The notes beneath the pieces were generated by a model. It searched no databases. It was given only the letters and a program-made list of their open reading frames with translations, and was not told the DNA's origin. A DNA stretch of 63,310 bases, counting the filler, from Octopus bimaculoides (lineage: Eukaryota): assembly GCF_001194135.2 (NCBI RefSeq). It is 8 parts of 7 records of this genome, joined end to end, with 100 filler letters (N's around TTAATTAATTAA, not from the genome) between each part and the next. Parts side by side here need not be neighbours in the genome. Positions count along the whole stretch, not along the records: positions 34,770 to 56,493 come from NC_068989.1; 7 more parts are not named here. One strand, 5' to 3'. A program made the translations under genes and the position numbers. Of the stretch, positions 35,400 through 46,989 are shown piece by piece; positions within the stretch are counted from its first letter, which is position 1, and every line of letters starts with the position of its first letter.

Positions 35400-35880
35400 G
35401 ACCATCGGTCATCTTTCTCTTTCCTAACTTGAGTTTCTTTCCTTCCGGTCAACCGCAGGGATCAGACGCATTCTTATCTATCACTTGTCATAGCTTGTTT
35501 CTCCAGCGTTTGCCAACTCACCTCGTTTAAGCTTAGCAGCCCTTCCTGATTGTTTTCACTGTCCTGTTTTTCTTGCCAACTTTGAGGCTCCGCAAAATCC
35601 AAAATTTTATTTAATTTGCTTTGTGAAGCAACTGATTTGTCGAAGGTCTATCTTGTCGTGAATTGCTCGAAATACGGAGTAGAAAAACAGCCGACAACTG
35701 ATGAAGGGTCCTTCTTTGTGTTGCTTGTCTTGTTTTCCATTTGTTTCTTTCGTTGTTCACAAAAAAGAGTTCGCATTCCATATTTTCGTAATTTGTATTT
35801 CATGTTGTTTACGTTCTGTGATGTCCTGTGCCCATATATGCATATGTATATGCATATATATGTAAGTATGTACATATATT
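35400..35880 (+). mobile_element. Probable Penelope-like terminal region, copy 2
   Basis: Diverged direct copy of 32438-32860. Confidence 0.5.
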
Positions 35881-35949
35881 TATGTATACATGCATATATG
35901 TAGACATATATTATTTATATTTTATATATATTCGTTTTGCAAGATTTTT

Positions 35950-36705
35950 GATGTGATATCGTGTGTTGAAATAGATATTGTTGTATTTGGGGATGGTCAT
36001 GTTGCCAGTTTAGCCAATAAAAACATACGCACTATGTATTTGGCGTTAATTTGCTTCAGCTTTATATTACATTACATTAATCGTATTTCGGCCAGAGTTC
36101 TTTCGTCACACTTCTGTGACCTCATCAGTGGTCCTTTGCTTTCTTCTTTCCTATTTGTGTGTCACTCCTTACTAACGATCAGCCATTTTGTATTTTGCAT
36201 TCCTATTGTATGTGTCTACATTTGCGCATGCGCATCCCTCTATGTTTGTCTATGTTTTGTAAGTGCATGTGTATGTATGGGGAGTGCCTGTATTATCTGT
36301 ATCCCCTGTTTATACATGTTCGTTTAATTTATTTTTATTTATTTGTTCATGTGTTTATACCTACTTGTTATTATTATTTTTTTCTATTCTTCCTTTTGTT
36401 GTTGTATTTAATTAAATTTAATTTTGTTAACGTATATAGTTATTTAATTCCATTTGTTTATCTGTGTATTGCATTATATTTTGTTTATATTGTTATCAGT
36501 TTATGGGGATTTTATTCGGTCGTATGTTGTGGTGTGTTGGGGGGGTGTGCTAGTGTTCCATTCCAGTTTCCTATTCAGGCTAGGTTTATCTTGTATTATG
36601 TATGTAGCTTCTGTAATTCGTCTAAGCGTTGCGTCTGTTCTATGTGTGGACAAGATTTTAACTTCTATGTTGTGGAGTGAGCCTCCGTGTTCCTGTACCA
36701 GCACG
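35950..36705 (-). mobile_element. Penelope-like element 3' end: GIY-YIG C-terminus, 3' region and hammerhead
   Basis: EHGGSLHNIEVKILSTHRTDATLRRITEATYIIQDKPSLNRK matches the PLE endonuclease end and the 51.5 kb copy. Confidence 0.85.
36090..36134 (-). ncRNA. Minimal type I hammerhead ribozyme motif
   Basis: GGACCA-CUGAUGA-G-GUCAC(AGAAGU)GUGAC-GAA-AGAACU-C-UGGCC: intact core, 5-bp stem II, 5-bp stem I with one bulge, minimal stem III. Confidence 0.7.
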
Positions 36706-37617
36706 CTGAGCAGGAACAACATCCGAGTGAAAAACAGAATAGTAAAAAGAGAATATTGGAATACAGACTAATGAACTTTAAACAGGAACTGAAACCACCA
36801 GCGAAAAGTTCGAGCGTCAGAAAATAGTAGCTGAACGCAAAATGCTTAACAAGATATTTAAGTCGAAACCAATTAGAAGTCAACAGAGACATTAGGTGAT
36901 AATCAATAAACGTCACAGTGGCTCCTTCCCAGGAAGATACCGATTCATTCTCGGGAAAAATACCGAGCGAAGCAAAGGAGTTTGATCAGAGAGCAACGTG
37001 ATTGTAATATATTGTCTTTGTAGTAAGCCACATGGATACATCATCAATGGCGACATCCCTGAGACTGATTTGATAACTTCAAGATGGGAAAGCAACAGGA
37101 AGGGACTTGAACGCTGGTTGCTGATGCAAGAAAGCTGAATTTAATCAGCAGTGACTTATTGACTTCTACCAGCAAACTACCCTTATATACATAAACATAC
37201 CGAGCTGGTTCGAACTGACAGAAACAAAAGAGATATCCTTAAACCACAATATTACTCACCTGACCTGACCTCAAACCAATGGATAAATGCATGCGAGAAT
37301 TTCACGTATAAAATGTATACCATTTGCCCGAGACTGTTCCATCAAGATCACTGACCTAAAAATGTCACACACTTAAACAAGTCACGAGAGAGAACAGAGA
37401 TTGTGGTGTGTGCTAAACGACTCTTCTTTAACAAAACTATGAGGCATCATAAAATTAACATCGTCAGAAAGTGTTTGACTCTGTACACTACTCGTGAATG
37501 ATAAGATTCCAGCAGCTTGCCTTAGCTGGTTCGGTTCTATCGTCACTGATAAAATACATTATCGCAGAGATATATTTGAAGCTGACATTAATTAAATTCT
37601 CAGTACTTTCTTTTTAG

Positions 37618-37705
37618 GAAATCTGAAGGATATGCGATGGGTCCACTGCATGACAGAAACACCAGCCTGACACAATGCCTCTTTTGGGATGATGTTGTAA
37701 TATAA
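37618..37705 (+). CDS. Candidate terminal exon (GNLKDMRWVHCMTETPA* in phase 1, or KSEGYAMG...WDDVVI* in phase 2)
   Basis: Strong acceptor tactttctttttag|, stops at 37668-70 or 37703-05, AATAAA at 37787-92. Confidence 0.4.
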
Positions 37706-38492
37706 GGACAAGAATACGAATGGCATGAAAGAAAGCCTTGGTCGAGTTATGACATTCCCAAAAGCTGCAGACATAATGTTTACTAGAATAAATACTCCTA
37801 TATGTTAATGCAGCAAGTTAAAATTGCAACTAACTTCTTCTAGTAACATAACTATAAATTGCTTGACTATTTCTCCAATATGTGATACTGTTCTAAATTC
37901 TTCTGAAGGAGTCATGTTTCTGAGCTAGAAACCAACTTTTTTTCTACTGGTGAGAAATTCGAAAAATAAGACCAAGAGCGAATGAAATGTATATAATCTT
38001 GCTTGGTGTATATAAAGAATTTATATAATTGTTTGATGCTCAGTTACTCACCATATATACTTCTTCAGGTGCAATACCGCCCCTAGTGAAATTGAGTATT
38101 CAAACAAGTATGCTGGGTGATGGGGGAATAAACACAGACAGAAACTCACACACATATACACACATACACACACACGCGCGCGCGCACATAAACATACACA
38201 TGTATGTATGTATGTAAGTATGTATAATAATAAGTTAATATGATTCAAATATGTTGGTGTAGGAACTTTTCAAGCATTGCTTGAAGTTTATAAATCTTTT
38301 ATCTTTTACTCGTTCCACTCATTAGACTGCGCTTAAGCTGGGGCGACTCTTTGAAAAATTTTCAGAAAATAATCGACGCGAGTAATTATCATTTACTTGA
38401 GGCAAAGCAGTGATGGGGAACAAACACACACACAAAGACACACGCACACACACACACAGACGCACACGTACACAAATATACACATGTACAAA

Positions 38493-38527
<35 letters not shown>

Positions 38528-39574
38528 NNNNNNNNNNNNNNNNNNNNNNNNNNNNNNNNNNNNNNNNNNNNNNNNNNNNNNNNNNNNNNNNNNNNNNNNN
38601 NNNNNNNNNNNNNNNNNNNNNNNNNNNNNNNNNNNNNNNNNNNNNNNNNNNNNNNNNNNNNNNNNNNNNNNNNNNNNNNNNNNNNNNNNNNNNNNNNNNN
38701 NNNNNNNNNNNNNNNNNNNNNNNNNNNNNNNNNNNNNNNNNNNNNNNNNNNNNNNNNNNNNNNNNNNNNNNNNNNNNNNNNNNNNNNNNNNNNNNNNNNN
38801 NNNNNNNNNNNNNNNNNNNNNNNNNNNNNNNNNNNNNNNNNNNNNNNNNNNNNNNNNNNNNNNNNNNNNNNNNNNNNNNNNNNNNNNNNNNNNNNNNNNN
38901 NNNNNNNNNNNNNNNNNNNNNNNNNNNNNNNNNNNNNNNNNNNNNNNNNNNNNNNNNNNNNTATATATATATATATATATATATATCATATATATGTGTG
39001 TGTGTGAGCGTGTGCATGTGTGTGTTGTGTGAGTTTGTGTATATATATATTTATACACACACACATAAAGATAAATAGTAAGATAGATAAATAGTTACCT
39101 TCTTTTTTCGTATTGCATAGACTCAATACACCCAGTGCTGTTTATACACTGCTTCAACTGTTGCAACAAACTAAGTGTTGCAACAAACTAACTGAACACG
39201 AATATACGTCGGTTAAATAGGAAATGGCCTATCAGTAGAGTCAAGCTGGAGGAGTGAGAGTGGAGGAGTGAGCATGTGTGAGAATGGAGTAGAGACAGAG
39301 TGGGGAGAGTAAAGTAGTGAGAGAAAACGGCTTGTTTATAGAGAATGAGTGTATTTGTAAGGACTGGAGTGAGACTGAGAGGAATAGAAAAAAGAAAAAA
39401 ATAGAATAGGAAAAATGTTAAATTTAGAAGAAAGGTGACGAACAAATAGAGAGGGTAAAGAGTGAAAGGAAGAGGGAAAAAAAGTGTCAGTGACGTTTTA
39501 TAAGAGAGGAAGGGAAAGAGAAATAAGAGAGGAAAGGGAAGGAGGACAAGTAAAATTAAGAATGGAGAAAGAAT

Positions 39575-39923
39575 GCGTCTTACCAACCACATGGTCCCGG
39601 GTTCAGTCCCACTGCGTGGCACCTTGGGCAAGTGTCTTCTACTATAGCCTCGGGCCGACCGAAGGCATGTGAGTGGATTTGGTAGACGGAAACTGAAAGA
39701 AGCCCGTCGTATATATGTATGTATACATATATATGTATGTATATATATATATGTATGTGTGTCTGTGTTTGTCCCCCCCCCCCTCAACATCTCTTGACAA
39801 CCGATGCTGGTGTGTTTATGTCCCCGTAACCTAGCGGTTCGGCACAAGAGACCGATAGAATAAGTACTAGGCTTCCAAAGAATAAGTCCTGGGGTCGATT
39901 TGCTCGACTAAAGGCGGTGCTCC
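39575..39923 (+). mobile_element. SINE family A, truncated by a gap; further minus-strand fragments at 38300-38430 and 40280-40990
   Basis: Family core and tail blocks. Confidence 0.9.
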
Positions 39924-40188
39924 NNNNNNNNNNNNNNNNNNNNNNNNNNNNNNNNNNNNNNNNNNNNNNNNNNNNNNNNNNNNNNNNNNNNNNNNNNNNN
40001 NNNNNNNNNNNNNNNNNNNNNNNNNNNNNNNNNNNNNNNNNNNNNNNNNNNNNNNNNNNNNNNNNNNNNNNNNNNNNNNNNNNNNNNNNNNNNNNNNNNN
40101 NNNNNNNNNNNNNNNNNNNNNNNNNNNNNNNNNNNNNNNNNNNNNNNNNNNNNNNNNNNNNNNNNNNNNNNNNNNNNNNNNNNNNNNN

Positions 40189-40240
<52 letters not shown>

Positions 40241-41149
40241 AAACACAGATAGGTGCGTACAGGCTTATATATAGTCTTTTATTCTTTTACTTGTTTCAGT
40301 TACTTGACTGCGGCCATACTGGAGCATTACCTTGAAATATTTTAGTTGTACAAATCGACACCAGGACTTATTTTTAAGGCATAGTGCTTATACTATCGGG
40401 ATTCTTTTGCCGAACCGTTAAGTTAGGGGGACCTAAACGCGTCAACACCTGTTGTCAAGCAGTAATGGATAAACACACACATACACACACACACATCTGT
40501 AAACACAGACACACACATACACACACATACACAAACATACTTACACACATATACACACGACAGGCTTCTTCTACTTTCCGTCAACGAAATCCGTTGTCAA
40601 GCGGTGATGGACAAACACACACACACACACACATACGTAAACACAGACACTCACATACACACACACACACATATGTACATACACAGGCTTCTTTTAGTTT
40701 CCATCAACCAAATCCACTCACAAGGTTTAGGTCGGCCTGAGGCTATAGTAGAAGACACTTGCCCGAGGTGTCATGCAGTGGGACTGAACACTAAACAATG
40801 TGGTTGGGAAGCAAGCTACTTACCACGCAGCCACTACTGCACATTTATATACATATATGCCTATATCTTTCTTCTTTTACTTGTTTCTTGTCATTCGATT
40901 GCAGCTATCCTACTTATTCTTAAGCGTGGTACTTATTGTATCGGACGTAAGCACACCAGCACCGCTTATGGTGAGGTCAACCACAGACACAGAGATCCAT
41001 ACGCATGTGCGTGTGCGTGTGTGTGTGTATAAGTAACAAAGATGTACTGATATCAATTCAGTACGGCCGTTTCAAGCAGCTCTATTTAATTGATTAATGA
41101 AAACATGTGGTGTTATGGGCTGTGATGAGCTGTGTGTTGTTGGTGGAGA

Positions 41150-41296
41150 GAGATGAGGCAAACAGAAGTGAAGCCAGACCGGAAGTCGGCCACACGCGAT
41201 CGAAGGCCAGCACGTAGGTCAGTCAGAAAACAGACAGCTTACGAGGAAGACGTGTTTTGATCAAGAGCTATTGTGTACTCCGCTGCGGTCGACAAG
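41150..41296 (+). promoter_or_regulatory. Probable promoter and ATG-less first exon
   Basis: Locally CpG-rich non-repeat DNA; ETS-type CCGGAAGT at 41179-86; AAG|GTAAGG donor at 41296/97. Confidence 0.5.
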
Positions 41297-42399
41297 GTAA
41301 GGTCCAACGTTTCATTCTGTCCTTTTGCTTCTTGTTGTCTTTTTCCTCCATCACACCACAAAACATTACATCAATTTGAAAGAAATCGTTCTCGTCAGAA
41401 GAACCCATACACTTCAAGCATAAAGGATAAAGCATTTTCTAAGAAATTTACATCAATAATGGAAATCAAAATATTTATCTAGTTTCTTTTTTTTATAACT
41501 GTGGCAGAATGAGTTTAGAAAATAATGCATACCTTGTTAAGTCTACAATAATTTAGAGAGCTGCAGAGGGAAATGTGGGAGTCAAGATAAAATGAATGGT
41601 AACGTAGTTACGTGAAGTATTTATTTATATTTAGGTAGTATGTAGTACATACAACAAAGAGTCTTCTAAATATAAGTAACTACGTCACCACTCTTTTTAT
41701 GTTGAACCCCACATTTCACTCTGCTACTCTCCAAATTAAAATAGGCTTAACAAGTTATGCATTGTTTTCTAAACTCATTCAGCCACAGTTATAACAAAAG
41801 GAAACAAGGTAAATATTTTGGTTTCCATTATTGATGTAATTTTTTTTTTTAAATAGCTAATTCTTTATGTTTGAAGTTTATGCGTTCCTCTGATGAGAAC
41901 AGTTACGTTCAATACAGTTCTATATTAAGAGATGAGGAATTATTTACATTATTTACATTATCTACATTTGACGGNNNNNNNNNNNNNNNNNNNNNNNNNN
42001 NNNNNNNNNNNNNNNNNNNNNNNNNNNNNNNNNNNNNNNNNNNNNNNNNNNNNNNNNNNNNNNNNNNNNNNNNNTACTACTACTACTACTACTACTACTA
42101 CTACCTATATTGCCAATCCAATCCTGATTAACCATTCCGGTTTTGACAATCCTGTTCACCTTAAAATATGTACTATTACGTTATCTAAAGTATTGGTTCC
42201 TTACTGAAGATGAAAACTGATTTGAAGGAGATTTAGCCGTTATTTCTAGCAGATCCAGTGATCACATAAAACCTTCTTCACAGGGCTCAGAAATAATTCA
42301 GTATGATATAAATATAGAAAGAAATGTGAGAGTAGAATAGAACAGAAAATGCCTTATGACCGAAAACTTAGTTGTTGAATTTTCCTGTTTGACAGATAT

Positions 42400-42801
42400 T
42401 TTAATATTCGCCGAGGTCGACTTTACCTTTCATCCTTTGGGGTCGATAAAATAAGTACCAGTTAAACAATGGAGTCGATGTAATCGATTTCGTACCTCCT
42501 ACGAACTTACTGGTTTTGTACCAAAATTTGAAAACAATATTTTCTTGAAAAGGACGGCGAGTTGGTAGAATCGTTACCGCGTCGGGCTACACTCTGATTT
42601 TCAAATTCCACCGAGTTCAACTTTACCTTTCATCCTTTCACGGTCGATAAAATAAGTGCCAGTTGAACACTGGGTCAATGTAAGTAACTCAACTCCTCCT
42701 ACGAAATAGCTGGCTTAATGCTAAAACTTGAAGACAATATTTTCTGGGAAAAGGCGGTGAGATGGCAGAATCGTTAGCACACCAAGCAAAATGCAAAAAA
42801 A
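42400..42801 (+). mobile_element. Tandem SINE family B copies (two bodies plus a third head)
   Basis: Repeated CCGAGGTCGACTTTACCTTTCATCCTTT..GGTCGATAAAATAAGT blocks. Confidence 0.85.
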
Positions 42802-44007
42802 NNNNNNNNNNNNNNNNNNNNNNNNNNNNNNNNNNNNNNNNNNNNNNNNNNNNNNNNNNNNNNNNNNNNNNNNNNNNNNNNNNNNNNNNNNNNNNNNNNN
42901 NNNNNNNNNNNNNNNNNNNNNNNNNNNNNNNNNNNNNNNNNNNNNNNNNNNNNNNNNNNNNNNNNNNNNNNNNNNNNNNNNNNNNNNNNNNNNNNNNNNN
43001 NNNNNNNNNNNNNNNNNNNNNNNNNNNNNNNNNNNNNNNNNNNNNNNNNNNNNNNNNNNNNNNNNNNNNNNNNNNNNNNNNNNNNNNNNNNNNNNNNNNN
43101 NNNNNNNNNNNNNNNNNNNNNNNNNNNNNNNNNNNNNNNNNNNNNNNNNNNNNNNNNNNNNNNNNNNNNNNNNNNNNNNNNNNNNNNNNNNNNNNNNNNN
43201 NNNNNNNNNNNNNNNNNNNNNNNNNNNNNNNNNNNNNNNNNNNNNNNNNNNNNNNNNNNNNNNNNNNNNNNNNNNNNNNNNNNNNNNNNNNNNNNNNNNN
43301 NNNNNNNNNNNNNNNNNNNNNNNNNNNNNNNNNNNNNNNNNNNNNNNNNNNNNNNNNNNNNNNNNNNNNNNNNNNNNNNNNNNNNNNNNNNNNNNNNNNN
43401 NNNNNNNNNNNNNNNNNNNNNNNNNNNNNNNNNNNNNNNNNNNNNNNNNNNNNNNNNNNNNNNNNNNNNNNNNNNNNNNNNGCTAGCATAGAGCAGCAGC
43501 CTTGATTGCTTGACAAATTAATAGCAGTTGAAGCTGAGCTCATTACTGAAGTCATACGTGATCCAGGAAAACGCTTGAGTATTATTATCTATGTAGTGTT
43601 TACATTTCCGAGAATAAATAATAATTCGCTAATTTTGGGGAATTATTTCAAGATGAACACCATAACACAATGATTAATTTTGAAGTCTTCGACAGTCAGA
43701 CGCCATTTTATAGCAATTATATAGATCGTTAGTATGTTCGTAACTTAACGAATAATGGGTTGTATAATTACGATACCCCCATCGCTTGCTGTCGATACTA
43801 AATAAATAATAGGGCGCAGTTCACTATTTGCACTCAAGCCTATAAGATTATAATGCTCCACAGACGGCATATACATACATAGGCTTGAAATCTTAGGCGT
43901 TTTCCATTGTTCCTGAGCGTAAATCTAATTCATCCTGTTTGCTGTTCTCTCCCCTCGTCTGATATTTACACACACGCACGCACGCACACACACGCGCACG
44001 CACACAC

Positions 44008-44047
<40 letters not shown>

Positions 44048-44069
44048 GCGCGCGCAAAAACACCACACA

Positions 44070-45705
44070 CAGTGCGATGGGTAAAATGTTGCCAGTTTAT
44101 ATTTTTAATTTTGTGGATGCGCATTGTTTGTTTTTGATTTTGTTGACTACGCAGTATAGGACAAAAACAGCACCATCACACAATTCACTCTGCCAGAAAT
44201 TTGGAAACGACATGCTGTAATGCTCAGCATTCGCGCTGGAAGATNNNNNNNNNNNNNNNNNNNNNNNNNNNNNNNNNNNNNNNNNNNNNNNNNNNNNNNN
44301 NNNNNNNNNNNNNNNNNNNNNNNNNNNNNNNNNNNNNNNNNNNNNNNNNNNNNNNNNNNNNNNNNNNNNNNNNNNNNNNNNNNNNNNNNNNNNNNNNNNN
44401 NNNNNNNNNNNNNNNNNNNNNNNNNNNNNNNNNNNNNNNNNNNNNNNNNNNNNNNNNNNNNNNNNNNNNNNNNNNNNNNNNNNNNNNNNNNNNNNNNNNN
44501 NNNNNNNNNNNNNNNNNNNNNNNNNNNNNNNNNNNNNNNNNNNNNNNNNNNNNNNNNNNNNNNNNNNNNNNNNNNNNNNNNNNNNNNNNNNNNNNNNNNN
44601 NNNNNNNNNNNNNNNNNNNNNNNNNNNNNNNNNNNNNNNNNNNNNNNNNNNNNNNNNNNNNNNNNNNNNNNNNNNNNNNNNNNNNNNNNNNNNNNNNNNN
44701 NNNNNNNNNNNNNNNNNNNNNNNNNNNNNNNNNNNNNNNNNNNNNNNNNNNNNNNNNNNNNNNNNNNNNNNNNNNNNNNNNNNNNNNNNNNNNNNNNNNN
44801 NNNNNNNNNNNNNNNNNNNNNNNNNNNNNNNNNNNNNNNNNNNNNNNNNNNNNNNNNNNNNNNNNNNNNNNNNNNNNNNNNNNNNNNNNNNNNNNNNNNN
44901 NNNNNNNNNNNNNNNNNNNNNNNNNNNNNNNNNNNNNNNNNNNNNNNNNNNNNNNNNNNNNNNNNNNNNNNNNNNNNNNNNNNNNNNNNNNNNNNNNNNN
45001 NNNNNNNNNNNNNNNNNNNNNNNNNNNNNNNNNNNNNNNNNNNNNNNNNNNNNNNNNNNNNNNNNNNNNNNNNNNNNNNNNNNNNNNNNNNNNNNNNNNN
45101 NNNNNNNNGACATCATGATGTTTGAAGAGATCACTAGTGATGGCGACGTTAAGCCTCCATTCATCTTCCCACACGGCCTCAAACTCAACATGGAGGCCTA
45201 CCTATATCAAGTGCATGGAGGAGGTAGTGCTGCCCTGGGTCAAGAGGGTGACTACAGGAAGACCCTATGTCTGGCAACAAGATTCTGCACCATGTCACAC
45301 AAGTAGGAGAAACCAATCATGGCTGTCAGACAATTTCTGCGACCACATCATCCCTAATATCTGGCCACCTAACTCTGCAGATTGCAACCTCACTGATTGT
45401 TATATGTGCGGTACAGTTCAGTGAGAGACCAATAAAACTCCGTATAACACCAAAGATGAACTGAAGGCAAGGATTATGGCAGCATTCACCAACTTAACAA
45501 GGAGACCGTCAAGAAGAATTGCAGGAGATTCCGAAGTCATGTGGAGGCCGTAGTAGAAGCCAATAGCAATTTTATTGAATAGATTTACTCTTTATTATTT
45601 CGAGATATTTTTATGTACTTTTGGTTAATATATCTGTTAAAATGAGATTCAGTGTTATTTAAATCTTTGCGTAATTTAGACGACAATTCATTCACCACAC
45701 CCTGT

Positions 45706-45706
<1 letters not shown>
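44070..45706 (+). mobile_element. maT (DD37D) Tc1/mariner transposon spanning a gap, degenerate
   Basis: QFTLPEIWKRHAVMLSIRAG before the gap; WQQDSAPCHT...WPPNSADCNLTD after it, with 37 residues between the two Asp; ends CACACCCTG-TA. Confidence 0.85.
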
Positions 45707-45765
<59 letters not shown>

Positions 45766-46099
45766 NNNNNNNNNNNNNNNNNNNNNNNNNNNNNNNNNNN
45801 NNNNNNNNNNNNNNNNNNNNNNNNNNNNNNNNNNNNNNNNNNNNNNNNNNNNNNNNNNNNNNNNNNNNNNNNNNNNNNNNNNNNNNNNNNTATATATATA
45901 TATATATATATCAGCACCAGCAGTGATTGGGAATAAACGAAGTGTAGGTAAGTTAAAATATGTTTGTGATATCTTATAACTTTTGAAGGAAAATTCACTG
46001 CAGTTGCCGTGTCAAAAAGCCTCTCTCTTATGGTAAAAGGTGTAAAAACATATCTTTCCAGTTGATTGCTTGCTTCATGCTTTTGCTTGATGGAGATGG

Positions 46100-46720
46100 G
46101 AATCATCCCAGGTTAGTGGTCTCTCATTGTGCCTAGAGCCGATTAGGCCCACCAGTGGGCTGTCCCATCGGAGACGACGTCGAGCCCCTGGAGATGACGC
46201 CTGAACATCTTGTGCGGGACCTGTCATGGGGCCGCTTCCAGCCCGTAGCTGTTACGTCGAATGAGAGAAAAGTTCGAGTAAGATGGTTTGACGGAGTACG
46301 AAAGTCATGTCCGCACCAGCGCATGTGAAACTGATGCGTGCGCAAACACTGTTATTAGTTGGAAACGTTATGGTACCAGCTGATATTCCCGATGGTCCCC
46401 AGGGCTCTGCTGTAGGAGCCATAGATCCTATTTATCAGGGTCTTCGTGAGGGGCCCCGTTTCAGATCCATAGAGGAGAACGAGAGGGCCAACGCCGTTGT
46501 AGATGCGGATCTTCGTGTTCCGGGAGATATAGTGGTAACACCAAAGGAGTTTCCATAGCGTGTACATGATCCCGGTGGCCAGACCACATCTGCGGTTACC
46601 TCTGGTGTCAGGTTTCTATTGTTGGTGACAGTGGAGCCCAGGTATGTGAAGGAACTGACTAACTCCAGTATGGACAGTGGGAGCGTCCAGATCATCGCCA
46701 AAATGCATCAGCTTCGCCCA
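46100..46720 (-). mobile_element. RTE-clade LINE 3' fragment
   Basis: ELVSSFTYLGSTV, ISRNTKIRIYN..LLYGSET, MRWCGH, GWKRPHDRSRTR motifs of the RTE thumb region. Confidence 0.85.
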
Positions 46721-46989
46721 ACTTGCCTGAAGGCCATTCTTTGCTGATTCCTTTCGGCTTATGGTCAGTACCACCCCTATCGGATTCCCAGAATCGCTTT
46801 TTGGGCTCTTTAACTTTCCTCAATGGTAAATACCGAACAGAGATATCACCCAGAAGATTCAAAGCCATAGTTTTAACTAAAAAAAACAGTCAACACCTGT
46901 GCGTAAAACCTACAAAACCTGTGGGAATGACGAGATCGATATTTCTTCCATTTCGAATCAACCATAGTTAACTGAATCTTTAACTTCTT

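Noticed and set aside
39203-39240. Minus-strand CTGATAGGCC...CCGACGTA hammerhead relic
   Set aside because: Both core halves carry deletions; too degenerate to support.
41885-41925. CTGATGA-GAAC..GTTC as a hammerhead
   Set aside because: GAAA is replaced by AATA and stems I and III are not convincing; compatible with chance.
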